Of a stretch of 64,000 bases of DNA, positions 29,901 through 42,600 are shown piece by piece. Below the pieces are notes generated by a model. It ran no database searches. It saw only the letters and a program-made list of their open reading frames with translations, and had not been told where the DNA came from. The DNA comes from Lepidodermella squamata (Eukaryota > Animalia > Gastrotricha). The position numbers and the translations under genes were made by a program. The stretch is taken from positions 2,294,001 to 2,358,000 of the forward strand of contig JBLDXI010000042.1 of the NCBI GenBank assembly GCA_047495785.1, given 5' to 3'. How positions within the stretch are numbered: the first letter of the stretch is position 1; the number at the start of each line of letters is the position of its first letter.

Positions 29901-30812
29901 CCTGGCTTGTTTAACGCACGGATTATCTTTCAGTCATGCCAAGTCCAGAGTCAAACCATGTCTATAAATAGCTCGTATGACGTCAATGCCAACAATGGGC
30001 TAATTGTGTTTACTCCGTTGTTTACTCAAGCCACGCCAGCTAGAGCCTGAAATATCAGTGATAAACCCGGAAGTTGGCCCGTTGCCAGCGCTAAAAATGG
30101 AGCGTGGGGGTAAGACGCAGAGACGAAAAAATGCGTGGACATTGCATTGAGGATTATTAGGCCAAAGGAATTCATTATTCATCATTCATAACCCACACCA
30201 TTTACGTTTTTTGCCGATGAATAATAGCGCCGATTTTTTTGACCGTTTTAAAACAAAAGACGGATCAGGTAAACAAGTTAACCGCAGTTTCATTTTCAAA
30301 TGTTTCCATGTCAGCGTTATCTGTTTTTACCATCTGGTGCCTGGAAATGATGGGGTGTAATGATCGGATATATGAATGAAGAAAACAAAACGGGTTGCTA
30401 GGATATAACGTTTCAGCCGGCAAAATTAATTGGATTCACGGCGTCCCTAGCAACACGCGCATGTCGTTTTCTCGTTCGTAGGACATGACGCTCGTGCAGG
30501 TGTGGGCCACTTTTGGCTCAATGCCAGCACGTGCCTTACTTCTAGCCCTGCAGCAAAATATTGTTATCGCGAATTTCGCCTGAGGTGACATATATTTGCC
30601 TATTGCCTCACACCTAATAGCGTGGAATCGAGCGAGGCAGGCCAGCGTACCATACAGCAACTTGAATTTAACTGAGCGCTACAGCAAGAAACCGATTCAG
30701 GTGCATGCCCTAGTTTGGCGGTCGTGTAAATAGATGATGTGCTGCATGAAAATGATGCAGTTGTTGTGATGCATGCATGTAATCCTGACACCAACGATTC
30801 GTAAACAGAATA

Positions 30813-31236
30813 CTGTATATCTACTAATTTTCGGTGGTCACTAATTTTCGGTTTTGGAGATTTCGGACCTGTACATTTAATTTCGGTGGATTTGAATTCG
30901 GTTTGAGAGTAGCTCCTGAGAAAAAATTCAAAATTAGTCACTTGAAAATGTATTTCAGTGCTTCAATCTCGTGTTTTTACACGCTATGAGGAGATAATCG
31001 CTGCTTTAGCAGCATCAATATCTGTTATTTCCAATGTCCTTACTACCTAAAATTGCGGGTAACACAATTTTGGCACATTTTACCGTATTTTACCACAATA
31101 CAGCTGTATTGTAGAAAAGAACAATGAATTGACTGAATTTATTTTCGGTGATTTTGAATTCGGTGTTTCCTCAAAAACACCGAATTCAAAGATCAAACCG
31201 AAAATTAGTGACCACCGAAAATTAGTAGATATACAG
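30813..31236. mobile_element. MITE (Tc1/mariner-pogo type), 424 bp, TA target duplication
   Basis: 42-bp perfect TIR ctgtatatctactaattttcggtggtcactaattttcggttt; TA at 30811-12 and 31237-38. Confidence 0.92.
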
Positions 31237-32619
31237 TATGTGGCGTGAAACAGACAAATTGCTCCAGCTATCTTGCCAGGTTAACACAATCTGAACCTGA
31301 ACCATTACGAAGTCATATAATACCTGACCTAATTCGAAATCAATTATAGATCGAAAATTTACGTTTTTTCAATCAATTCTCTGTGGCAGAATTACGCTCG
31401 AAAATATCTACAAAAGTCAAGTTTCTTTCATGGTGAAACATAAATGTCCCGCTTTTAGTAGGGCGACTCTTAATGATCTACGATTGTAAAAAGTGGCCCA
31501 TTTATTTTTGGATCGCGTGAGCATTGACTTTATTCTCAAGAGAACATAGCACGGCCACTCAGCCGGAAAGTTTCAAATTATTGGTTTCTCTCGGTGCAGC
31601 GGTCACTTTCACGATTGCGACACGGCGTCATTGACAAAACCAGGTCATTTCATATATTGCCGATAAGCAACTGCCCAGTCCATATCTGCTCCAAACATTA
31701 CATTTTCATTCACGAGGGCTGTGCAAAACATGAGGAGCTAAAATTAGTCTGCACTTGAATCTTGACAATAATATAGCCATGTTTTTACGATAGCCAGCAA
31801 TTTCTCGGAAAAAGGCCGAAAACACGGACAGCGATTGTTTTATCTGAATCAAAATTGGCGTTAGCTATTACATGTTTTCCTACACCACTGTTGACGAAAT
31901 GGCTCCCGATTCGCAACCTCACGCACCTCAGTATGCAATGAAATCCCTCGGAACTTAACAAAAGTGTTCCGGCTCAAAACATGGACATTTTAGGAAAGTT
32001 TTCGAAGTGTCCAGGCGATGTCCTGCAATCTGATATGCTGAGTTGAAAATTGATCTGTTGTTGACAAAAATGCACCTCAACAGCGACTGAAACATCCTTG
32101 AAAAGGATGGCTAGTAGCTTAGGGAGGTGAGATCAAAAAGCATCCAGCTCAACCCAATACGGCTAATTTTGACCTCCAATCCGCATAGGAGACACGTAAA
32201 TTTCGCAGGATCATAGCATGACGTAGTAGGTATCAAATTATTGCTACTTACGTCATGCATTCTCGAGAGAAATTCATGCCAAGTTACGTCAGGGGATTCA
32301 AACTCAGCCAACAGCAAAAACTAGGTCAAAAGCTCAGCGTCAATCCGGCAAAAATCCACTGGAAATTTGGGGCTAAAATGATATATTTTCGTGGTTCATT
32401 CTCTTAGGAACTAAGTGTACAATGGGTGGAACCCAATATACTGTAGCGCATCCACAACCTAACATTTTATCCTTGGAATTTCTAAAGGCAGCTATTACAG
32501 ACCTTTATAATTCAAAACAGATCAACATCAACTTCTGCGTTAAATTCTCTCTGTAGTATATATTTCAGAAGTAATGCGTTACTTCAAATTCTTGGAATTA
32601 TTTGAAATTCGATATTTCG

Positions 32620-32716
32620 AATTGAGTTCCGCAACATGTAAATTTGGTTCCGCTACAGCAACTTTGGTTCCGCCAAAGCAAATCAAATTCCACCTACCGT
32701 AACTTTGGTTCCGCTA
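32620..32716. repeat. Short ~20-nt-period tandem repeat (aactttggttccgc)
   Basis: Four to five degenerate copies: aattgagttccgc, aatttggttccgc, aactttggttccgc (twice). Confidence 0.65.
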
Positions 32717-32800
32717 GAAGATATTCTAATTTTCAATGTGCATTCAACTGGCTAATTAAAATTCAGGTACACATGGTTTGCACAAACAAAACAATTTTAT

Positions 32801-35800
32801 TCATTCAACTTTGGCACAAAATGAAGATAACTGAACAATTTTATCAGCAATAAGTTTATGATTAAAATCGGCCTGCGGATGTGTTAAGCTGGCCAACCGC
32901 CTTAAAGTTGCACATATTGACGGACTAGCTCGGCTGAAGTTAGCCGAAATGCGCCGAGGCCCCACCTTCTCCGGGTCCAAAGAATCAAGAACAAAGGAAC
33001 TTTGAACAAGATTATAAATTCGGTCGATAATTAAAATAAATCCATGAACCGCATTGTTAGGTAAAAATTGACTAGAATCGCTGTTGGTTTCAAGATCCCA
33101 GCACCATTTGTTGGCAATAGGAATAACTGAAGTGAGAAGAATGAACGCCCGTTGCGAGGGATTTAAAACAGGATCTGAACAAGCGATGAAAACAAGAGAA
33201 GAAGCCGCAGCTTGGCGAACATAGGCGATTTGGGACGAAATCGCTAGTTCAAACAAATCATCTTCCAGATTTTCATCAATAGCTAACAACGAAGTGCTAT
33301 CGGCATCATTCGGTGAAATAACGGGATTCAACTGCGCTAGAATCGATAGCGAGGCTGTTTGAGCTAAATATTCGCGATTTGTCGACTTGCAGTTGCTTCG
33401 AATCGCCCGGAAAAGGTTCGGGAAAGTTCGCGAAAATTTCCAAATCGACGAAATGCCTTCGGCTATCAACGGATGAATACAGGCGGATAACGCCTGAATA
33501 GCCGCATTTCGCGTTTGAAATGGCGTTGAGATTTTTAACGAATTAAGCGCGATCGTTCCAACTTGATCCGCCAATTTTGTTCGAATTTTAGCATCACCAT
33601 AGGTGAAAACGGCCCGAAGTACGTGGAAAACCGCTGTTTGGGTCGATGATTGGCAGTTTATATGATCAAAATTAGCTAGAATACGGTTCCGCAGAATTTT
33701 TTCTGTTTCATCCTGACGGCCGATTCTGTTCAATCCGTTGAAGAAGGCTACGAAGGCTAGGGGTAGACCTCCACCCCTTCGAACCTCGGATGGGCTGAGT
33801 TCAAGCTGGTTAGTTTCGCCTTCATCCGATAGCAACACGCCGCAAAGGCTGTTTTCAAATTCTCGGGCGATTTCTTTTGGCCAGGCGATTACAGCCGACG
33901 TCAGAAGGCTGGAATACTCTTCGAGAAGTCCGAAATGTAACGTCGAAAATAACACGCGGTGGATTATTTTTGACGTCTCCAGCCGCCATTTCTCGGTCTG
34001 ACATTCCGGGGTTGTTTTAGCGACGCAGCCGAATGCTGAGAGACTTCGAGCCACAGCTTGTAAAATTGCCCAGGCTGGATTTTCGCGGCCTGTCAAATAA
34101 CCTCCGAGAGACCTAAAAAAAACAAAAAAGATTGGTTGTTTGAATTTTAGCAATTTTTTTCTATAAAATAGTTCCAACTGGTTCTCAACCGCAATTTTAG
34201 AAAAAGTTACGTTTTTACTACTGAACCCTGTTAATGTCGCCACAAAGGCTTGTTGGAGCGTACATTCGATCGATTCGAGCTGTGTTTTATCCAACTACAG
34301 GGGATCCTCCTCCCTTCCCCCTGTTGACGTCACTAGGGGTATCAGCGATATACGGCCCTCACTCATTTCTTGGTATCGTCACTGAAGTCAGCGATTCTCT
34401 GATTTCTTACGATATTAAAATGGTTGACCGCTACTGTGTTTCTAAGGTTCATCAGACAGCGCGTGACATTCCGCGCCGAATCGGCAATGTGTACGAGGAT
34501 TCCTAACTTCTAAGATTTGAATAATTCAATATATCGAATTTGAGACAAGGTTGAGACGAAGCGACCTCGAATTTACAAGGTTAGCTTACTATGCGGACAA
34601 GTCGAGATGAGAAAATGATGAAGTATATGAGAAACCAACGCAGGGATTTTGTACTACGTCATCACACAATTATTTTCGACTTGGCGCTTTGTGGTTATCG
34701 AAACATGATTAAGTAAACAAAAAAGTCCATGTTCCACATCCGCACGACTTGCGTTTTGGCAGCTGCAAATTCGAGCTATGCCAGCAATGCGGCAAAAATA
34801 CTTGCCCGGATTGTCTGAAGAAAAATCCAGCTTTACTAGACTGTCAGGCGCGCCAAGACAGTCTAGTCTAGGCTAATGAGGGCGGTGTGGAGAGGTCGGC
34901 CAAAGTGGGAGTGTGGCTATGTGAATATGAAATGAAGAAAAATAGACCGCCTGGTGCGGCTAGAGTTTTGGTCTAGAGCCGGGGGTGGGAAGTTTCACTT
35001 TTGTGCTTTCCATCCCGACTCTAGGTAAGTGCTTTGTTTCTTGGTTTTATAAATAAATAATCTGTGCTTTCCGCACAGCGTGCCAAGAGGAGGGCTATGC
35101 GGTAACCTTCCACCTGGAATTGCGGCCTAGCGAGATCAAACGCCGTCGTTCTAGCCCAGAGAAGGCTCGCATTAAAGCTATCTGAAAACTCGCTGGTATC
35201 CGAAATCGCGATAATGGTGAGCTCCTCATCTTAAAATCACTCAGGCTGCACTCCCAGAGGTGCACTACGGCCTTGCAAGAAGCAGTTGTTGAAATGCCAT
35301 ATCGAAACCGAAGGAAGATTTCCGTAACGGTGAACTGTTAACTATTAACTAGTAACAGTACTTACTTATTATGTTTTCATCAGGAAAAATAAGCGCTTAA
35401 CCGCTGTCAAGCAGGTCCTCGAGAAGTAAATAGTTTTTTTTTTATAATAAAAATGAAATCCGTAATGTATATAGAGAAGCCGATGAACAGCGATCCAAAG
35501 CCGACCACTATGAGCGAAAATATAAAAAATATAAAAAGTAATGTGAAATTATAAATTGTACATATCATTTGATGTAACTTCTCTTCTATTCTTAGTTTGT
35601 TGAAGGAGGCTAATGAGTAAGTGATTTAGAGTTGCATCTTTTGATTTTTAACCTTCGGTGTCACAGGGTTATCGAAAAAATGAAGATTGTTGAAGATAAG
35701 AAGTAAGTACCGACTGAAGTTACATCTACGTAACTTAAACTTTCCATGTCACAGATCGATTGACTTCTACGAGTCACTTGTTCGGTTGGTTGGATGATAG

Positions 35801-38800
35801 TTCAATTGATTACATGCTTATCAATGTTTTTTAGTTTTGTCACCAACGACCCGGAGGTTATTGAGTTGAAAAAAAATCTCATAACACTGAGATTGCAAGA
35901 CATAAAGTACGGACTGAAGTTAGATCTTGGTAATTTAAACCTTCCTTGTCACAGAGCGATGGAATTCTATCGTACGTATCGACGAGTATAACAATCCCGT
36001 CAAGTAAAAGTGAATATATTCATCTTAGTTGTCTGTTAATGCCACTTTGTTATTCCATTACAGGCCTTTTTTAGTCTATGTTAAAGTATTGCTTGAAAAG
36101 CCGATCTTCTCCTTCGCGAGGTTGGCCAGACTTGGCTCAGCGAATAAACGACTGATTCTGATTCAAATCGATGGTTCATGGATGGGACCTTTTCGTGCGT
36201 ACCCAGGGATTTATTCTACCAACTATTTACAATTCACGTCCTCTCTGATGAGTATGTTGTCTTGGAACTACGTCATCAATAAATCTTTTTCGACATCTGC
36301 AAAGCAGGCGCCTACGTGGTTTTCGCAGCATAATTAAATAAAGAAAAAGTCAAAGTTCCACATCCACATGTCTGGAGTTTTCGCAACCTTATGTTGGAGC
36401 TTGGAGCAGAAACTCGTGCTGCCCTTGGCCAAATTACGGCAAAAAACTGCAAGGCGCCTGTAAAGCGTATTTATCAACGTTTCAACGAACGATTTCGAGC
36501 CTATTGGGACGACCTGGCACAGAGGCGGGTGGGCTTCATGCAATTTCTCGACGCTGCCTCTCACCAGCTTTCTGAGTTGAAAGAAAAGAAGCCGGCTGTT
36601 GATCGCCTTGGTCTCGCTGAATTCACCACAGTCGACAATGCCTCGCCAATGAGCATCAAATCGACAATGGCGCGGGAGACAAGGAACTACCTGAAAACCA
36701 TATCCAACAAAATGCTTCCAAGCGTCAGGTGGTTCCGTCGAAGCAAATGGAGAAGTTCAAATTGCCAAGGAAAGCATCTCAGGCATACCTGGTCTCGTTT
36801 TATTAATTTTGTGCTACTCTCACATAATGCATGAAATTTGCGCAACTTATCCAAAAAGAAACTGAAGAATCATGTACGGCGACTTTTCTTTATATTTTTT
36901 TGCTGCCTGTGCACTGACGGAGACAAGGCGTATAGACAAGGCTAATGACACGAATTTTCCAGCCGATGTATGCCACAGCGAATGTGAAAAAGCGCTTTTG
37001 GAGCTAGATCAAGCGAAAAGCGGTTAAGGAAATCAACATATAGATTCCAAATTCTAAATTCTGGATTCAAGTTGCTATCTCAGTATTGGATTTGTCCTCA
37101 GGAGCTGGTCGAGAACCAGACGATGATGTTGAAACGCGTAATTATTTTTCTAATGCCTATTGGAAAAACTCGCTTTTCCAAAAGTGAGGAAATGAATAGT
37201 CCGCGCAAGGACCGAAACGTCGCCAATAATTAATAAAGTTGTATTCAAAAGCAACTTACGGTCGCTTTCTTTTTTAATTAATTTTCTACAAGTTCCGAGC
37301 AAAAAATTGGAACTAAACGGCTGGTCTAAAGCTTCGAAGAACGCTATTGGCTGGGTCTGGCCTAAAAGCCTAAATACCCACTTCGCACTTTCTTCTGAAA
37401 CTACACGAACCAAGAGACGAGGATTGGATCAAAATCCGTCCTATGACGGATGCGACGATGAATATCCTCCCTTCGAAACCGGACAAAGCCTTGCATCGTA
37501 AATTAGCTAATCATGTCTTCCAAATGAACACATGTATCAGATCTGAAAAGGCAGCCTTGTCAAGGATGAAAAACATCCCAAGCCACAAGATCACCCTTGA
37601 CACTACATTTGTGACAGCGGACATCTCGAACATGTACAATGTTATCCCATAGAAGGAAGCCTGAGGCGCCTTATACAATTTTCTGTGGGATTCTTAGATT
37701 ATCAAATGCAATTTCGTTTTCAATATTCAATATCATAGGGGATTTTAAGATCACTAACTTTTTATTTTGAAATATCAACTTGAATTCGAAAAACTTTACG
37801 AAAAGGTACTTTGGTTGCTACGAAATGATCACGTTTCGAATTTGCGCAGACATGTTCGGGTCGCGAACAGAGTCAAAGCACTTGCCGCCTGCAGCCATTC
37901 AGTGAGGATAGTTGTGAGGACTCAATATGTTCGTCGCCTAACGCTATTTTTATCCAATATCTTTATCCTATAAGCTATTTTGTATTTATTCAACTTGTTT
38001 TGTATTGGCGCGTATTTATTTGTTCATATTTATTGCGCTTCCGAATACGAATATACCGAAATAAGCTGTAAAATTTCCGAAAATAAAATACAAACCTGTC
38101 ATTGTAGGCCGGACATTCATCGCCAAAAAAGCGCCAAAAAACAGCCGAACAACTGTTGAAGAACGAATCAACCGCTTCATTGAAATCCATCTTTCCACCA
38201 AAATGAAGCAATATAAATTGTCCGAGAGACAACGCAAGCAGAAGCAGCGTGGCCTTTTGCTCGTCGAAATTTGCAATCAGTTGCATGACTATACTTGAAA
38301 TATCACACAGAATTTGAGAATTGCGACTGGCTCCATCGATTTTATCGACGATAAATATTTCGAGGGAAGTAGTTTTAGCATCCGAAATTTTGATTTTAAT
38401 TGCTTTGCAATCATCGTACAGTAATATAATCTTCTCGCATTGAATAATCAGGAAAGAAACTTTCCCGGGTAGAAATGGGTCGTATTCGGCAACAGAACTC
38501 TCGTTAATCAGTGAAATAGCTTCACTCATCAAATTACCAATCGACGGAGAAATTAGGTCCATAATTCTTCCACTGCCATTTACTGACTTCGAAGCAAAAT
38601 CTTGGGTTATTTCTGCAGCCTGATGTCGGACATCGTTGAAATCAGATCGGCACAAGTGAGACAACTTCAAAAATACTTCAATTAAAATTTTAGGATCATC
38701 AGATTTCCAACCCAAATCTCGAAACAAGCGTAGCATACATCTTTGAACTGCGTAGTTTGAATCGTCAAACGTTAACCCGCAAAGTTTCGTTAGAACCCGG

Positions 38801-39582
38801 TCAAGGTATTTTTGCTTCTCCTCTTGACTCAGAGCAGGAATTCCGTTTGACAGGGCATCGATTAAAATCGAACAGAATCGTTCACGGCCCGGGGTTGTGC
38901 TTATTGTGCACAAAACTGGTAGAGCTTCATCGATGATATAATCAAACAACTTGGCTGATAAACTCGAAAACGCATCAGCCGAGTCTGATTTGCAATGAGA
39001 TTTGTAACTAGCGATTGTTTGAATCAAACTGTGAAAGGAATATATCCTGATTTCGTCATGAATTTCCTCATCAGCGTCGGAGGCAAACAGCTTCAAATCA
39101 TCTAAAACTGATTTTTTACTCAATTCTCGTAAAAATTCAGCTCGCAACGGGTATTGAGCAACCAAACAACAATCAGCCAATAAAATATTGATAAATGACA
39201 AAATCGGTCTCCGAATTTCCAGTTTCGCTTGAGAAATCAAAGTCTCGACCGATAAACTCGATAGAAATGTCGGTTTGACTAGTTTCAGTAGTTTTACCAG
39301 CAGTGAAGTTGTATCCAACGATAGCTCGGCGGTGTCGTAAAACGGTAACGCTTCATTTATTGCTGCAAATAAATCAGCCGGTTCGAAATTTGAACAGCTC
39401 GCGATGTGTTCTAAACACTGGCTGATTAATGGCCGAAGTTGATGGCGCTGTGAAGCAATTATCGCGGCAGTGAGTAGTTTTTTCGGATTTTTCAGCGCTT
39501 GGCCACCGCTTCCAGCTAACGAAAATCCGGCTGCTAGCAGGGGCTGCCAATGGTGAAGCGATAGAGGACCAATATCACTCAT
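32801..39582 (-). CDS. THADA: THADA/Trm732 (DUF2428) ARM-like protein, divergent, 932 aa; exons 39582-38096, 34112-32801
   Basis: LFSTLHFG, VRRGGGLPLAF (cf. TRRSAGIPFY), FHVLRAVF (cf. LNILRALF) and FQTRNAA (cf. WAVRNSS). A phase-2 intron of 3983 nt joins the two ORFs. Confidence 0.75.
35258..36003 (+). other. Nested micro-exon gene segment: exons 35258-323, 35384-425, 35475-537, 35596-616, 35667-702, 35755-784, 35835-906, 35955-36003; encodes a Lys/Glu-rich coiled-coil-like peptide
   Basis: Regular 48-60 nt GT-AG introns. The first seven exons (66, 42, 63, 21, 36, 30, 72 nt) splice into one open frame, GALRPCKKQLL...KQVLEKEADEQRSKADHYERKYKKYKNLLKEANEVIEKMKIVEDKKSIDFYESLVRFVTNDPEVIELKKNLITLRLQDIKAMEFY. 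Confidence 0.7.
36064..36640 (+). mobile_element. MULE/Mutator-like transposase C-terminal remnant; a second degenerate copy lies at ~34600-34745
   Basis: SWMGPF...WNY...W...KVKVPHPHVWSFRNLMLE...FMQFLDAASH, matching the W..RTNN..EGWH..HP.IW.F...FL pattern. Frameshifted. Confidence 0.6.
37290..37660 (+). mobile_element. Penelope-like retroelement reverse-transcriptase fragment
   Basis: One frame reads IPTSHFLLKLHEPRDEDWIKIRPMTD...FVTADISNMYNVIP, matching the PLE RT motifs P.FY.LPKIHK...RPI and LV..DV.SLYTNIP. Confidence 0.65.
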
Positions 39583-39663
39583 TTACAATAACAAACCCAA
39601 CTAAAATAGAAACGTTTTCCCTAATATTTTATTTCAAATATTTTTAATTTTTATTATTTTCCG

Positions 39664-42600
39664 TTAATAGACTTTATTCGGTCCGGTTTTGTAGAATTCA
39701 TACGCAAAATCTTCGTCGAGGCCTTTGTCCATGCCAAGGCCCATCCAATCTAGCTCGAGCTTGAACGGCCCTCTGAATGGCTCTGACGCAGTTATTCCAA
39801 TCCATTTGACTTTATCGAGCCGGATCGGTTCTTGCTTATTTTGAATACTGCCTTTCGCAGTCAGAAAGAACTTGGAGAAAGGGATTTTCGCAGTTTGCCA
39901 GTAAGGTCCCCCTCGGGTGTAAAGAGCAAAGGCGTAGCTGTCGCACCATAGAACGTCCCAGTAGTGGTCCATTTGTAGTAAAATTCGATAACTACGGCCA
40001 TCGCCGCGATATCGAAGGAGAAGGCAGTTGAATCGAGACCAATCGTAAGGGATGTACCGGTAAAACGATTTCTGAAAAATGTGAAATTATTTCGTACACG
40101 ATACATAGTTAAATTCATCTCATCAAATTTCAGAGATTTCGAAGGACTTTCATCGGAACAAACTATCTTTTATCTCTTTAATGTTTTTACTCAATACAGC
40201 GTAAATTTATGTTTGGCATTGCTTTTTATGTTCACGCAAGGGTGGTAAAAACTTCATTTGCTCTGAATGCAAAGAGTAATATTCTAGAAAAAAAGTTTCA
40301 CCTTATTCAACTACTTAATTGTTGACTATTTCAACCGTACTCCTTTCTACTCCTTTATGATGTATTGTTCAAGTTGGCACCTAATTCAAAAAATTTAATT
40401 TGGAACCTCTGTCTGTGACAGCGTTTTCTCTTGTCTGTGCTCTATACATGCTTGGGGCCCTCCATATTTCGTTGTATAATCGATCATATGTCTTCAATTG
40501 ATTCAACCTTCATGTTCAACCTTCAATTTGATGCTTGAGGCCAACGGTGATGCAACCGTTTTCGCCGTCGTGGCTAACGTGATTTTATAGTGAGGGAGAT
40601 AGCATTAATAAATGATGGGGTAATAACATCAAGTGTCATATAAGCAAGTCGACGAAAGAAATTGTCAAAAAATGTGGAGTAAACATGATTATTTTTCCTG
40701 GGGGACAATAAAATACCTCCAAGCTCCAGGCATTGTTTGGAACCGTCCGTTCAAGGCAAGGAGCTGTTCGACGAATACATGTTCCACGAGGAAAATCACC
40801 CGAAAATGAAGGGCAGTCACCCTAAAGCTTCAGGTGTGGGAGGCCGCGAGCACGGATCATATCAAGAACTCATTTAAGCAATGTACTATCACTATCATAT
40901 TGGACGGGTCTGAAGACTGCGAGATTTCGTGCATCAAGCCCGGAAAGCCATGCGAGTCTGTTGCTGCTGTTTAGGTTTTTTACTGCTGTCTATCGTCAAA
41001 TGCGGGAGTCTGATATTGTTTGTCACTGCAATGCCGATAACGGAAAAACAGCTGTAGCTGCTCTAGCGATGCTTGAGACAGAATCGGATGAGAACGTCAG
41101 AGCAGCTTTCGAATTTTTGAAGGTAAGAAGATTTGATTTTAACCAGAAAAATTCCACCCTCAATATTTTTCCAGATTCACCATTCTCCAACAATATTTCT
41201 TGTGGATAAATATTTGCTTCAGATTGAAATCTTGTAAGCTGTGTTTGTTGGGTGTTTTATTCTTCTTTGCACATGGCCAAATTCTTCAAAAATCTGATCG
41301 CCACGGCTTTAGCCACGGTTGAAAAGAAGGAGGAGATTTATGACATGATGCGCTCCTCAAGTGAAGAATCTTTCCAAGGTCACCCAGATGAATTCTCACT
41401 TTCCGCGGCCAACATCGAATCCAGAAAAAGTACATTTCCTCGATCGAGTACTTCGAGTAAACTGGCTGAACTGCTATCGTCGCTGGGTGAAGTTTCATCG
41501 TCGAACCTGTATTTGCTCTTATCATGACCAATGTTGGCGCAATGTTGTCTATATCAATACTGAACGAGTGGTGTATCGGTAAAAAAGCTTCGAAGCTCAG
41601 TATTTCCTTGTGCGTACTGACTAGCCTCCCAAAACTCTCGCCGAGTTGATTAACAAGAGTGAACCAAGCTCAGAAAATTTTGTCGCAGGCCAGATGAGAG
41701 AATTTCTCTATAACTGTTTTGAAGCTCATAAGTTGGAACGCTTCCCAAGCAGGGTAAAGCGGGGCCGTCGCGCCGAACCTTAGAATTATTTGCGCCGATT
41801 GAAGTGATTAAATAAAGTTGCCGAGAAATAAAGTTAACAACTTGCGCCTGGAATGATAAGTTAACTCTACCACCTTTGATACTATTATTTTACAGCTGAT
41901 TCCGGCCTGTTGTAACCTTTTTTGAGATATGTACGGCGAGTCAAACCCTTAAAAATGTTCACCTTAGCTACCACGCCGGGAGGAGATAGAATAAAATATA
42001 GGGCAGATGCGAAACGTAAGGCATGTCTCGTTCACCGTATGGCGTCATTATGGCACGCGACGAAATAGCGAACTCCCACACTTTAGCGGGTGACGTACTA
42101 GCACGCGTCTTAATCGCGGAAATAAACGCGTGCGTCAAAATAGCGGCCGCTAAACACCTATTTGTTAACTGAGCAGTTTATTTGTGTGAATTTACATCTC
42201 GTTTGAATGCCCTACAAAAAGCGTAAAGATCAGGCGCCTATTTCGGAGCCAAAACCTGAGAACCTGAGCTAAGAAGCTAGATAGCGCCCCAGAGCCGGAA
42301 CGGGAGTCGGAGCCAGTGCCGGAGCCGCTACCGAAGAAAAAGCGAGGTCGCCCACCTAAAAAGTCGCTAACCGAACCAGCTAATGCCCCCGCGAAGCCTA
42401 AACCGAAACGAGGTCGGTAAAATACCTACTCGCGTTGGCTTTTGTCCCGGTCGAACTAGTTCCGGCTTGTTTCCAGCAGCTAGCGATATCGACAGAACTG
42501 GCGCAGATGGTTGAAATGGAGCCCAAGCTCGGCGAAATCTATGACTATTTCGAAGAGTTTTACGTGGGCGTATATCGCTTCGGTAAGCTGACCGAGAAAC

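Noticed and set aside
29475-30050. 191-aa ORF in the gene-poor region
   Set aside because: TTG start, composition driven by simple repeats, no domain or splice structure.
32620-32716. Short repeats with variable spacers (CRISPR-like appearance)
   Set aside because: Spacers are only ~6 nt, repeats are degenerate, the context is eukaryotic and there are no cas genes; a minisatellite.
34113-34294. 5' extension of the 497-aa ORF
   Set aside because: Intron sequence read through the polypyrimidine tract; the real exon starts at 34112.
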